64,000 nucleotides of DNA from Vulcanimicrobiota bacterium (GCA_963723635.1 CAVRRP010000017.1:11356-75355); one strand, 5' to 3'. Numbered from the stretch's first letter, positions 27,964 to 37,910 are shown. The notes: generated from the letters alone by a model not told the origin. Numbers and translations: made by a program.

Positions 27964-29712
27964 ATGCAGCAGCTTCATTTCGATATCGTCGTGGTGGGCG
28001 CGAGCGTGGGCGGCGTGGCCGCCGCGCTCCGCGCGAGCGCGCTGGGCGCGAACGTGTGTCTGCTCGAGGGTTCGAGCTGGATCGGCGGCCAGTACAGCTC
28101 GCAAGGTCTCACGCGCGGCGACGAGACGGAGTACGTGAACCACGGCATCGGCTGCACGGCGTCGTACCAGCACTTTCGCACGTCGGCGGTGGAGTACTAC
28201 ACCAAGCAGTTCACGCTCTCGGCCGCGGGCAAGAAGCTCGCGCCGTTCGATCCCGGTGCGGTCGACGCGAACCACGGAACGAACCTGCGCATCGCGCCGC
28301 GCGTCGCGCACGAGACGATGCTCGCGATGCTCACCGCCGCCGCGCCGCGGATCACCGTTACGACGGGCATGCAGGTGACCAGCGCGCAGGTCGCCGGCGC
28401 GCGCATCGACGCGATCGTCGCCCGCTCGTTCAACGGCGCGCCGGTGCGCTACACCGCGTCATATTTTCTCGATGCGACCGACCTGGGCGACCTGCTGGCG
28501 CTGGCGAACGTCCCGCACGCGCTCGGCGCCGACAGCAAAGACGATTTCGGCGAACCGAACGCCCCGCCCGAGCGCCGCAAGGACTGGATTCAGCCGATCA
28601 CCGTGCCGCTCGCGCTCGAACGCCGGCCGGAGGACGAAGATCACACGCTGCCCGAGCCGCCGCCGGGCTACGCCGACATCGTCGCGCAGCGCGGCTTCCA
28701 AATGTCGTTCGGCAAGAACGGCGTGTTCGGGATACGTCCGTTCGAAGACTCGCTGTTCAACTACCGCCAGTTCATCGCCGCGGTGAACTTCGCCGACCCG
28801 GCATTGCCGTACGACGTCACCACGATCAACGACGACAACAACGACTATACGCCGCGTTCGATCCCCACGGGAAATCCCGACGAGGACGCCGCGATCGTCG
28901 TCGCGGCGCGCGCGCGTTCGCTCGCGTACGCGTACTGGATCCAGACCGAATGCCCGCGCGACGACGGCAGCGGCCAGGGATATCCGAACTTGCGCATCGC
29001 GACGGAGGTGTTCGGCACGTACGACGGCACGGCGCCGCTGCCGTACATTCGCGAGTCGCGCCGCATGCTCGCGCACACCACGATACGCCAGCAGGACATC
29101 GTCGTGCACGGCGGCGTACGCGCGAACCTCTTCGCCGACTCGGTCGGCATCGGGCGGTACCGCCTCGACATGCACGCCGTCGAGGGCATGCAGGGCTACG
29201 GCGGTGGGCAGCCGTCGCCGTTCCAGATCCCGCTCGGCGCCCTCGTGTCGCCCGCGGTCGAGAACGTGCTGCCCGCATGCAAGAACCTCGGCGTCACGCA
29301 CATCACCAACAGCGCCTACCGCGTGCACCCGATCGAGTGGAACGTCGGCGAGTCCGCCGGCGCGCTCGCCGCGTTCTGTCTGAAGCGCACGGTGACGCCG
29401 GCCAACGTGCTCGCGCAGAAGCCGCTGCTGCGCGAGTTTCAGCACGCGCTGCTCGATGCGGGCGTGCCGCTGTACTGGTGGACCGACGTCGGCTTCGGGG
29501 ACGCCGCCGGGCTGTTCGCGCCCGCGCAGCTCGCCGCGGTCGCCGGGCTGATCACACGCCCGCAATCGCTGGAGTTCAGCGGGCACGACGCGTTCGGCGC
29601 GGCGGAGCGCGCGGCCGCCGAGAAGGTCGCGGGCGCCGCGCTGCCGTGGCCGTCGGCGAGCATGACGCGCGCCGACGCGGCACGGTGGCTCGTCCAGCAC
29701 CTCGGCCTCTGA
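27964..29712 (+). CDS. FAD-dependent oxidoreductase (FAD_oxidored family)
   Basis: DIVVVGASVGG Rossmann fold, LDATDLGD, PYIRESRR, FQIPLGAL, YRVHPIEWNVGE. Confidence 0.85.
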   Translation: MQQLHFDIVVVGASVGGVAAALRASALGANVCLLEGSSWIGGQYSSQGLTRGDETEYVNHGIGCTASYQHFRTSAVEYYTKQFTLSAAGKKLAPFDPGAVDANHGTNLRIAPRVAHETMLAMLTAAAPRITVTTGMQVTSAQVAGARIDAIVARSFNGAPVRYTASYFLDATDLGDLLALANVPHALGADSKDDFGEPNAPPERRKDWIQPITVPLALERRPEDEDHTLPEPPPGYADIVAQRGFQMSFGKNGVFGIRPFEDSLFNYRQFIAAVNFADPALPYDVTTINDDNNDYTPRSIPTGNPDEDAAIVVAARARSLAYAYWIQTECPRDDGSGQGYPNLRIATEVFGTYDGTAPLPYIRESRRMLAHTTIRQQDIVVHGGVRANLFADSVGIGRYRLDMHAVEGMQGYGGGQPSPFQIPLGALVSPAVENVLPACKNLGVTHITNSAYRVHPIEWNVGESAGALAAFCLKRTVTPANVLAQKPLLREFQHALLDAGVPLYWWTDVGFGDAAGLFAPAQLAAVAGLITRPQSLEFSGHDAFGAAERAAAEKVAGAALPWPSASMTRADAARWLVQHLGL

Positions 29713-29760
29713 GCCGTCGCAGCGGAAGCGCGCTGCGGGCCGCGAAGCGGCGTCACAGCG

Positions 29761-30351
29761 ATGGCGAAGCTGTATTACCGGTACTCGGCGATGAACGCGG
29801 GCAAGTCGACCGCGCTGCTGCAGGTGGCCCACAACTACGAAGAGCACGGCCGCAAGGTCGCGCTCTTCACGGCCGAGCTCGACCACCGCTACGGCGTTGG
29901 CTACGTCACCTCGCGGCTGGGCCCGCAGCGGCGGTCGCTCACGTTCGACGCGAGCCTCGACTTCTCGCAGCAATTGCGCGACGCGCCGGGCGAGCTGTCG
30001 TGCATCCTCGTCGACGAAGCGCAGTTCCTCACGCCCGACCAGGTGCGCCAGCTGCACCGCATCGCGCACGTGGACGGCGTCCCGGTGATCTGCTACGGAA
30101 TTCGCAGCGATTTTCTGGGCGAGCCGTTCCCCGGCGCGATCTACCTGCTGACGCTCGCCGACGACATCGAGGAGATCAAGACCATCTGCGCGTGCGGGCG
30201 CAAGGCCACGTTCAACGTGCGCATCGACGACGACGGCAATCGCGTGACGTCAGGCGAGCAGATCGCGATCGAAGGCGAAACCCGCTACGTGCAGCTGTGC
30301 GGCGGCTGCTTCTACTCGACCGACCGCCCGCTCATCGACACGAACCCGTAG
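29761..30351 (+). CDS. tdk: Thymidine kinase
   Basis: MAKLYYRYSAMNAGKST, ILVDEAQFL, CACG...LC zinc sites. Confidence 0.96.
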   Translation: MAKLYYRYSAMNAGKSTALLQVAHNYEEHGRKVALFTAELDHRYGVGYVTSRLGPQRRSLTFDASLDFSQQLRDAPGELSCILVDEAQFLTPDQVRQLHRIAHVDGVPVICYGIRSDFLGEPFPGAIYLLTLADDIEEIKTICACGRKATFNVRIDDDGNRVTSGEQIAIEGETRYVQLCGGCFYSTDRPLIDTNP

Positions 30352-30503
30352 CGCTTCTCGAGCCGCTTGCGGTCTTCGGCGAACATCTCGCGGATGCGGG
30401 TTGCCTCGCTGACGGCCGCCGCCTGGTTCAGCACGCCCTGCTTCTCTTTGCGGACTTTCTCGGCCGCGATCTCGGCTGCACGGGTGGTCGTCTTAGCGCT
30501 CAT
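30312..30503 (-). CDS. Small hypothetical charged protein
   Basis: 63-aa ORF filling the gap, helical charged sequence; 40-nt tail overlap with tdk. Confidence 0.45.
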   Translation of the reverse strand: MSAKTTTRAAEIAAEKVRKEKQGVLNQAAAVSEATRIREMFAEDRKRLEKRYGFVSMSGRSVE

Positions 30504-30556
30504 ATCTTGTAGTTACGGACCGGGCTGAAACGACCTGCCCTCGCGCGCCCGGGTGC

Positions 30557-31255
30557 TCACCGCGGGGACGGCGACGCAGCCGGCGCCGGCGCGGATGCGG
30601 CGGGCGAAGCGGCTGCCGCGGGCGCCGATGCTACCGGCGACGGCGAGGCTGACGGTGCGGGCGGTGACGGCAGCGGTGCCGGCGTTTCGCCCGCCGCGGG
30701 CTCGCGGCAGGTTCCGAGCGCGGCGTCGTCGCCGATGAACACGCCGACGCGCGTCCCGCGCGCAATCGTCGCGTCCTTGCCGTGATGCATCGCGTCGTAG
30801 CCGCCCACGGCGTAGCCGACGATCGGGATCATCCCGAGCAGCCCGGGCGCATTGGCGGTCGCGCCGAGCGCGGACGATGCGTTGTCGTTGAAGCGGTCGA
30901 TGATCGCGGGCACGTGATGGCCGTCGGGTGCCAGAAAGAACCGCGTCTCGAGCGCCAGGTAGCCGCCGCGCCCGCCGCGCTCGGCGTGCGCGGCGTTCGC
31001 GACGACGCCGTAGCCGAGCGTCCCGACCGGCAGCGCGGTTCCGTCGGGGGCCGTCGTCGCGTCGACGAGCCGGAACTGGAACACGTCGCCCGCCTTGGAC
31101 TTCGCGGAGTCGACGTTGTCCTCCATCGCCACGAGCGCGTGCCGGCACGGCGGGCGCGCATCGCCCTGCGTCTGCGCGCCGCTCGGGGCGATGCCCGCGG
31201 CGGCGAGGACGGTGATGCCGGCGGCGGCGCCGGCGGCTCGGAGCGCAAAACTCAT
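30557..31255 (-). CDS. Hypothetical exported protein
   Basis: Signal-like N-terminus; VDSAKSKAGDVF...LPVGTLGYG resembles TrbI-like beta domains; Pro/Ala tail. Confidence 0.65.
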   Translation of the reverse strand: MSFALRAAGAAAGITVLAAAGIAPSGAQTQGDARPPCRHALVAMEDNVDSAKSKAGDVFQFRLVDATTAPDGTALPVGTLGYGVVANAAHAERGGRGGYLALETRFFLAPDGHHVPAIIDRFNDNASSALGATANAPGLLGMIPIVGYAVGGYDAMHHGKDATIARGTRVGVFIGDDAALGTCREPAAGETPAPLPSPPAPSASPSPVASAPAAAASPAASAPAPAASPSPR

Positions 31256-31350
31256 CCTTCCGGTGTTCCCGGCGCGCCGCCGAACGAAAAGCCGCGAACA
31301 AACGCGGTGCGCGCTGCGTTGTCCGGCTACATTCGCAGACGGAGGTACAC

Positions 31351-31818
31351 GTGCGTCTTGTTCTCATCGCGGGCACGGCGGCCGCGGCGCTGCTCGCCGC
31401 CGCGCGCATCGCGTGCGCGCAGCCCGTCACCGTCGGTGCCGTCACGGGCGACCCGCTGCGCCTCTCGGCGCCGCACCCGATTTCCACCCACGTCGCGGGC
31501 CAGCCGGGACCGATTCGGCTCGACGGCTGCTTCTCCGACAGCCGCGGCACCGACGGTCTGACGCTCGTGCACCACGCGCTGCGCATCACCAACACCGGCG
31601 ACCGCGCCGTCACGGCCGTGCGCGTGCGCTTTCTGTTCTACGACGCGTTCGGCGACGTCAACGCGACGCGCACCAACATCGCCGAAGCGCGCATCGACCC
31701 CGGTCAGCTCGTCGACCGCGTCAATTTATCGGAACTCGCCGACTCGTCGCCGCCGGCGAAGGTCGTGTGCAGCATCGACGCGGTGCGCTACGTCGACGGA
31801 ACGGTCGTGCGGACTTAG
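31351..31818 (+). CDS. Hypothetical exported protein
   Basis: GGAGG RBS, signal peptide, ITNTGDRAVTAVRVRF...DAFG...VRYVDGT Ig-like pattern. Confidence 0.7.
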   Translation: MRLVLIAGTAAAALLAAARIACAQPVTVGAVTGDPLRLSAPHPISTHVAGQPGPIRLDGCFSDSRGTDGLTLVHHALRITNTGDRAVTAVRVRFLFYDAFGDVNATRTNIAEARIDPGQLVDRVNLSELADSSPPAKVVCSIDAVRYVDGTVVRT

Positions 31819-33131
31819 CGCGCGCCCGCGTCGACGCAGCGCGCCTTGCCCGCGCGCTTTGCGTCGTACATCGCGCTGTCGGCCGCGGCGAGCGTCGCGT
31901 CGGCGCCGCGCCCTTCGCGCAGGTGCACGATCCCGATGCTCGCGGAGACGGGCGGTGCGCCCGGCACCGAGCGCGCCGCTTCGGTGATGCGCGCGATGAT
32001 CTCCTCGCCGATCGCGACGGCGTGCGACGCTTCCTGCGACTGCAGCAGCACGGCGAACTCGTCGCCGCCGAGCCGGCCGACGGCGTCGTCGACGCGCGTG
32101 CGATCGCGAATTCCGGCCGCGACCGCGACGAGCACCGCGTCGCCGCCGGCGTGGCCGAGCGTGTCGTTGACGTCCTTGAACCCGTCGAGATCGATGAGCA
32201 TCAGCGTCCACGTCGTGCCCGCACGGCGCGACGGGCGCTGCATCGCGGCAAGCCGCTCGCGCAGCACGCGCACGAAGCTGCGCCGGTTGTGCAGCCCCGT
32301 GAGCGGATCGCGCTCGGCGAGCTGGCGCAGCCGCGCCTCACGGCGGCGGCGCTCGGTGACGTCGTTGGCGAGCAGCAGGATCGCGGCGTCCGGCAAACCT
32401 TGGCGCATCGCGACCGCGGTGAGCTCGCACCACGTCGCGGTGCCGTCCGGGCGGCGGATGCGCGTCTCGATGCGCACCGACGCCGTGCGGCCGTCGAGCA
32501 GGCGCGCGAACGCGTCGCGCAGCGTCTCGCGGTCTTCTTGCGGCACGAGCGGCATGATCGACGTCGTTTCGCCGCCGCCCAGCGCGAGGAACGCCATGTT
32601 GTTGCGCAGCACGTTGCCGTCGACGTCGACGCTGCACATGCCGATCGGGCTCTCTTCGAGGATGCGGTACGACGCGTCGAGCGTGTCGATGATGTCGCGG
32701 TAGCGCGCGTTCTCGAGCTCGACGTCGCGCTGGGCGGTGACGTCCACCATCGTCGACACGATCGACGCGTCGCCGCCGTCTTCATCCGCGCCGACGAGCT
32801 GGCTCGACACGGCGATCCACGCCGACGAGCCGTCCGGCTTGCGCACGGCAACGGTGATGCCACCGCGCTCGAACGCGCGCCGCAGCACGGTCTGCATGGG
32901 CTGTTCGGTGGTGACCGGCGTGCGATCTTCCCACGTCACGTGCCAGCGCGTGTCCAGCGGCGCGCGGCTGCAAAGCTGTTCCGGCGTCAAGCCGAACATG
33001 CGTAGCGCGGGCGCGTTCCAGTCCCGAACGGCTCCGTCCGTATCTTGAACGACCACCCCTTCGTTCAACGTGTCGAACACCCGTCGACGACGCTTCCTTT
33101 CTCCGATCGACGACGGCGTTGGCTCCGTCAT
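31815..33131 (-). CDS. PAS-PAS-GGDEF diguanylate cyclase
   Basis: DPLTGLHNRR, IDLDGFKDVNDTLGHAGGD, RLGGDEF, AMYDAK. Confidence 0.93.
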   Translation of the reverse strand: MTEPTPSSIGERKRRRRVFDTLNEGVVVQDTDGAVRDWNAPALRMFGLTPEQLCSRAPLDTRWHVTWEDRTPVTTEQPMQTVLRRAFERGGITVAVRKPDGSSAWIAVSSQLVGADEDGGDASIVSTMVDVTAQRDVELENARYRDIIDTLDASYRILEESPIGMCSVDVDGNVLRNNMAFLALGGGETTSIMPLVPQEDRETLRDAFARLLDGRTASVRIETRIRRPDGTATWCELTAVAMRQGLPDAAILLLANDVTERRRREARLRQLAERDPLTGLHNRRSFVRVLRERLAAMQRPSRRAGTTWTLMLIDLDGFKDVNDTLGHAGGDAVLVAVAAGIRDRTRVDDAVGRLGGDEFAVLLQSQEASHAVAIGEEIIARITEAARSVPGAPPVSASIGIVHLREGRGADATLAAADSAMYDAKRAGKARCVDAGAR

Positions 33132-33191
33132 GCTAACTCTACCGTTCGGGAGAGCGAGGGCGTTGCGGTCCTGGGCCCTAATACCCAACGC

Positions 33192-34607
33192 GTGCCGAGC
33201 GATGCGTTGTGCCTGATGTCTGCGACCGAACTGCTGCGCCGCATGCGAAGCAAGGAAGTCTCCGCTCGCGAAATCATGCAAGCACACCTAGCACGGATAG
33301 ATCTTATCAACCCGCGGGTGAACGCGATCGTGACGCTGGACGCCGAGGGGGCGCTGGCCGCCGCGGACCGCGCCGACGAAGCGCTCGCTCGCGGCGAAAT
33401 GCTCGGATTGCTCCACGGGCTGCCCGTCGCGCACAAGGACTCGTTCTTGACGCGCGGCATGCGCACGACGTTCGGTTCACCCATCTACCAGCACTTTATA
33501 CCCGATCAGGACAGCATCGTCGTCGAACGCCAAAAGCGTGCGGGCGCGGTCACACTCGGCAAGACGAACATGCCGGAATTTGCTGCCGGATCGCAGACGT
33601 TCAATACGGTATTCGGTGCCACGCGCAACCCGTACGACATCACGAAAACGTGCGGCGGCAGCAGCGGCGGCGCGGCGGTCGCGCTCGCTTGCGGCATGGT
33701 CCCGCTCGCCGACGGCAGCGACCTCGGCGGCTCGCTGCGCAACCCGGCAAACTTCTGCAACGTGGTCGGCTTGCGGCCGTCGGTCGGCCGCGTGGCGCAG
33801 TGGCCGTCGCAAGACGCATGGGGCACGCTCGCGGTCGCCGGCCCGATGGCGCGCACGGTCGAAGATGTCGCATTGTTGTTGCGCGTGCTCGCCGGGCCGG
33901 ATGCGCGCGATCCAATTTCGCTCGACGAGAGCGGCGAGCAGTTCGCGGGACCGTTATCGCGCGACTTCGCGGGCACGCGCGTCGCGTGGAGCGCGGATCT
34001 CGGCGGTTTGCCGGTCGAGCCGGCGGTGACCGCGGTGCTCGAGTCGCAGCGCGCGGTGTTCGCTGAGATCGGCTGCGACGTCGAGGAGGCGTCGCCGGAC
34101 CTGAGCGACGCCGACGACGTGTTCCAAACGCTGCGCGGCGTGGCGTTCGTCAACGCGTTCGGCACGCTGCTGGATCAGCACCCGACGTCGTTCAAGGACA
34201 CGATCGTGTGGAACGTCCAATTCGGCCGCTCGCTCACCGGCACGCAAGTGGGCGAAGCGACACAGCAGCGCTCGGCGATCTTCGCGCGCATGCATGATTT
34301 CATGGAGAAGTACGAGTTCTTGATCGCACCGGTGAACCAAGTCGTGCCGTTCCCGATCGAGCAAGAGTACCCGACCGAGATCAACGGCGTCCGCATGAAC
34401 AACTACCTCGACTGGATGCGCTCGTGCTCCGCGATCACGGTCACCGGCCATCCGGCGATCTCGGTGCCGTGCGGTTTCACACCGGAAGGCTTACCGGTCG
34501 GCGTGCAAATTGTAGGGCGCTACCGCGACGAGCGCGGTCTGCTCGAACTCGCGCACGCTTTCGAGCAGCGCACGCGAGCCGCCGAACGTCGGCCGGCGAT
34601 AATCTAA
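33192..34607 (+). CDS. Amidase signature family protein
   Basis: HGLPVAHKD, GKTNMPEF, GGSSGG, GSDLGGSLRNP. Confidence 0.93.
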   Translation: MPSDALCLMSATELLRRMRSKEVSAREIMQAHLARIDLINPRVNAIVTLDAEGALAAADRADEALARGEMLGLLHGLPVAHKDSFLTRGMRTTFGSPIYQHFIPDQDSIVVERQKRAGAVTLGKTNMPEFAAGSQTFNTVFGATRNPYDITKTCGGSSGGAAVALACGMVPLADGSDLGGSLRNPANFCNVVGLRPSVGRVAQWPSQDAWGTLAVAGPMARTVEDVALLLRVLAGPDARDPISLDESGEQFAGPLSRDFAGTRVAWSADLGGLPVEPAVTAVLESQRAVFAEIGCDVEEASPDLSDADDVFQTLRGVAFVNAFGTLLDQHPTSFKDTIVWNVQFGRSLTGTQVGEATQQRSAIFARMHDFMEKYEFLIAPVNQVVPFPIEQEYPTEINGVRMNNYLDWMRSCSAITVTGHPAISVPCGFTPEGLPVGVQIVGRYRDERGLLELAHAFEQRTRAAERRPAII

Positions 34608-34626
34608 AAAACCGTGTGGTTACGGC

Positions 34627-35274
34627 CTATGACTGCGCGGGATACAAGAGCACCATCGTGTCGCGCACTCCATTGAGCACTTGCGTGCCTGGCGCGATGT
34701 CGAGCATCTTCGTAATGTCCATTGGGTCCGCGTAGATGATAGTACGTTTTGCGAATCGCGCGAGGATTCCGTCAGGCGGTTTTTCCTGAGCCAGCAGCGA
34801 TCGCATGTAGGCCTTCTCCATGCCTTCTCCGCCGGCGTCGACCCCGCCGCTCGTATTCACGGCCCCGGACACCGGGCACAGGCGCAAGTAGGGATGCAAA
34901 TAGCCACGCAATCTCGCCGCATGGCGATTATGCACGTGATCGAGCACGTGCCGTTCCGGCATCCGCGGCAATCCGAACCGCTGATACGCGGCGCGGTATC
35001 GTCGAAAGTCCACGTGCACCCAGACCTGCTTGGCCGGGTGCAGTTGGGCTTCGTAATAAGCAGCACGCGGCTCTCGCCACAAGGCCACGCGTGGGTCTTT
35101 AACGGCCACACGATCATACGGCTCGACGCAAAGCGCGTTGATGAGACCGTCACGCGCAACAATGCGATCGGCGATCGTGCCGACGAATTCTACGATGTCT
35201 TCAACGCTGCGCGCCGCAATCGGAATGTGCAGACAAGCTGGCAACCGGAACGTGTTGGCCTCGGGATGGAGCAT
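34627..35274 (-). CDS. Hypothetical protein with DH...N motif (possible nuclease)
   Basis: 215-aa ORF with lower GC, TGATG-coupled to hicB; HVLDHVHNR...VNTSGG. Confidence 0.6.
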   Translation of the reverse strand: MLHPEANTFRLPACLHIPIAARSVEDIVEFVGTIADRIVARDGLINALCVEPYDRVAVKDPRVALWREPRAAYYEAQLHPAKQVWVHVDFRRYRAAYQRFGLPRMPERHVLDHVHNRHAARLRGYLHPYLRLCPVSGAVNTSGGVDAGGEGMEKAYMRSLLAQEKPPDGILARFAKRTIIYADPMDITKMLDIAPGTQVLNGVRDTMVLLYPAQS

Positions 35275-35498
35275 CAGCCATGGTTGCGAGAATGCACGCG
35301 AGGAACCTGCACTCTCAGTTGCTCACGCATAGGACCCGAACGGTACGCGATCTCGAGCTCGATCACTTCGCGCGCATGTGCAAGGCATTCCGCAACCGTG
35401 TCTCCGCACGTATGGCCGTTGGGAAACGCCGGGATCACGACGTTGTAGCCGCCCTCGTCCTCTGGTTCCAGAATAACGCGATACCGAAGGTCCGCCAT
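35274..35498 (-). CDS. HicB-like antitoxin domain protein
   Basis: YRVILEPEDEGGYNVVIPAFPNGHTCGDTVAECLAHAREVIEL. Confidence 0.85.
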   Translation of the reverse strand: MADLRYRVILEPEDEGGYNVVIPAFPNGHTCGDTVAECLAHAREVIELEIAYRSGPMREQLRVQVPRVHSRNHG

Positions 35499-35552
35499 GA
35501 GTCACAAGTTCGCCGCGCCGGGCGCCGAACCCCATCCGTGAATCCGAACGGG

Positions 35553-35744
35553 CTATGTTTCGTTCCGGCGGCGCGCTCGCGCCATTGCGACGCGTAGGGC
35601 GTCGTTGAGGTGATCGGGGCCTTCGGCCACGCGCTCGCGGCTGCGCCGGCACCAGCAACGCATCAGCCCTTCACCGTCGCGGTGGAGCGCGTGGCAGCCG
35701 TCGTCGTGATGCGACTCCTCGGCGTGCAGGCAGTTGCAGAACAT
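35553..35744 (-). CDS. Small Cys/His-rich putative metal-binding protein
   Basis: MFCNCLHAEESHHDDGCH...RCWCRRS; TACCAT-N8-ATG; same motif as 49409-49588. Confidence 0.6.
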   Translation of the reverse strand: MFCNCLHAEESHHDDGCHALHRDGEGLMRCWCRRSRERVAEGPDHLNDALRVAMARARRRNET

Positions 35745-35856
35745 CCCGGATGATGGTACGGCGTTGCGGCTGCACGGCGGCATACCGTAAACCGGGTAGG
35801 CCGCTTCTCCGTATATCTTAGGAGGTGAGGACCGGCTTGCCACGTACGCCGTCCGC

Positions 35857-37194
35857 ATGCGGACATCGTCCTGGTTTGCCGTGCTCCGCCGCATGACGGC
35901 CGCGGTCGCACTCGGTGGGTTTCTTTGTGCCGCCGCACCCGGCAACGTGTTGCCGCGCCGCGGCGCGCTCGGCGTCGGCGCGGTGGACGGCGCGGGCGGC
36001 GTTACGATCAGCGCCGTCGTTCCGTCCCTGCCCGGCGAGGCGGCCGGTCTGCGCCGCAACGATGTCATCGCCAGCGTCGACGGCACGCACGTCACGACCG
36101 TCGCAGAGTTCTTGCTCAAGCTGCGCCGGCCGGGCGGCCAGCCTGTCACCTTGGGAATCGTGCGCGGCGGAAGCCCGATGAGCGTGCGGATCGTGCTCGC
36201 GGAAACCGCGCGCGAAACCGATCCCGCGGTGGACACGCGCTACGACGCGGTGGACATCGACCACAGCTTACGCCGCACGCTCGTCACCGTTCCGCACGGT
36301 GCGACGGGAAAGCATCCGGCGGTGCTGATCGTCGGCGGGATCGGCTGCTTCTCGGTCGACATCGCATCGAACGCGCAAGACGCGTACATGCGGCTCGCGC
36401 ACGATCTCAGCCGGCGCGGCTTCGTCACGATGCGGCTGGAGAAGAGCGGCGTGGGCGACAGCCAGGGCCCGCCGTGCCGAAGCGTCGACTTCTTGTCCGA
36501 GGCCGCGAGCTACGGCGTCGCGTTCGACGCGCTGCGCAACGATCCGGCGGTCGATCCCGCGCACGTCTACGTCGTCGGCCACAGCATCGGCTCGCTCATC
36601 GGCCCGCGCCTCGCCTTGCAGAAGGCCGTCGCGGGATTGGTGATCGCGGAAGGCGTCGGCGTCGACTGGATCGAGTACGAGCTGCTCAACAGCCGCCGTC
36701 AAGAAGCGCTCGGCGGCGCGACTCCCGCGGAAGTCGACAACGCGCTGCTGCTCAAAGAGCTGTGCATGCACCGGCTGCTGGTCGAGAAGCAGCCGCGCGA
36801 AACGGTGCTGCACGACCGCCCCGAGTGCAAGGACTATATCGCCTACCCGACCGGCGACGACTACTTCCGCGAGCTCGTCACGCTCAACGTCGCCGAGCCG
36901 TGGACGAAGCTGTCGATCCCGGTGCTCGCGATCTACGGCAACGCGGACTTCGTAACCGACGAAGCCGATCACCGCCGCATCGTCGACATCGTCAACGGCG
37001 TCCACCCGGGCAACGCCAAGCTCGACGTGATCCCCGGCATGGACCACAACCTCGTGAACGCGGGATCACCGAAAGCGTCGCTCGAGCGGTCGGCCAAAGG
37101 CGGTCCCGCGCCGTACGACGAGCGCTTCAGCACGGCGGTCGCGACGTGGCTGTGCGAGCGCGAGCGCTGCACGCCGGCACCGCGCAGCAGCTAG
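35857..37194 (+). CDS. PDZ domain plus alpha/beta hydrolase, exported
   Basis: PDZ (GEAAGLRRNDVIASVDG), GHSIG nucleophile, GNADFV, GMDH. Confidence 0.88.
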   Translation: MRTSSWFAVLRRMTAAVALGGFLCAAAPGNVLPRRGALGVGAVDGAGGVTISAVVPSLPGEAAGLRRNDVIASVDGTHVTTVAEFLLKLRRPGGQPVTLGIVRGGSPMSVRIVLAETARETDPAVDTRYDAVDIDHSLRRTLVTVPHGATGKHPAVLIVGGIGCFSVDIASNAQDAYMRLAHDLSRRGFVTMRLEKSGVGDSQGPPCRSVDFLSEAASYGVAFDALRNDPAVDPAHVYVVGHSIGSLIGPRLALQKAVAGLVIAEGVGVDWIEYELLNSRRQEALGGATPAEVDNALLLKELCMHRLLVEKQPRETVLHDRPECKDYIAYPTGDDYFRELVTLNVAEPWTKLSIPVLAIYGNADFVTDEADHRRIVDIVNGVHPGNAKLDVIPGMDHNLVNAGSPKASLERSAKGGPAPYDERFSTAVATWLCERERCTPAPRSS

Positions 37195-37395
37195 CGACGC
37201 GGAGCCGCCGCTGCGAGATCAAGTCGCGCCGCCGTTGAACCGATACGGTTGATAGAACGAAACCGCCCTGGCGTCCCCGGCGTATTCTCTAACGAACCGC
37301 CAAGGCCGAACACCGGCGCGCGCTCGTTCCCCAGGAGAGAGGAAATTCGATCTACGCACCCGCCGGCTCAACCGGGCGTCGCAAGTCGTAGACGG

Positions 37396-37423
37396 GGCCG
37401 CCGAGGCGTGAGGCGGCCTTTTT
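37396..37423 (+). terminator. Intrinsic terminator
   Basis: GGCCGCC-N9-GGCGGCC-TTTTT. Confidence 0.7.
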
Positions 37424-37433
37424 CATGGGCGCG

Positions 37434-37910
37434 CTACGGCGTTTCCAGGCAGAGCTGACGGCCCGGATAGTCGACGACCACGCGATACGGTCGCAGGAAG
37501 TTGTAGCCGATCACGCCGTCGACCGGGCCGACCGCGCCGCGGATCTGCGACAGGTCGACGACGCCGACCAGCACGCGGTCCTGCCGAATGTCGCCGAGCG
37601 AGACCGACGCGTACGACGCGCGCGCGTTGAAGCGGCCGCCCGCGCCGATCGCGCGCACCGGCGAGTCGATCAGCGGCAGCTTCAGCGCCTGCGCGAGCGG
37701 CGCGCCGACCACCGAGATCGTCGCGCCGGTGTCGACGAAAAACGTGTACGGCCCTTTGCCGTTCACGCGAACTTTCACCAGCACGAGCGGCAGCGTGGTC
37801 GCAACCTGCATCGCGACGCATCCCGAGGACGCCGTCTCGCGGGCCGGCGCCGCGGCGGCGCACGCGAGCATCGCAAGCGACAGCATGATGAGACGCGCGA
37901 GCGTTCTCAT
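37434..37910 (-). CDS. Retropepsin-like aspartyl protease, exported
   Basis: FFVDTGAT catalytic motif and DGVIGYNFL. Confidence 0.88.
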   Translation of the reverse strand: MRTLARLIMLSLAMLACAAAAPARETASSGCVAMQVATTLPLVLVKVRVNGKGPYTFFVDTGATISVVGAPLAQALKLPLIDSPVRAIGAGGRFNARASYASVSLGDIRQDRVLVGVVDLSQIRGAVGPVDGVIGYNFLRPYRVVVDYPGRQLCLETP

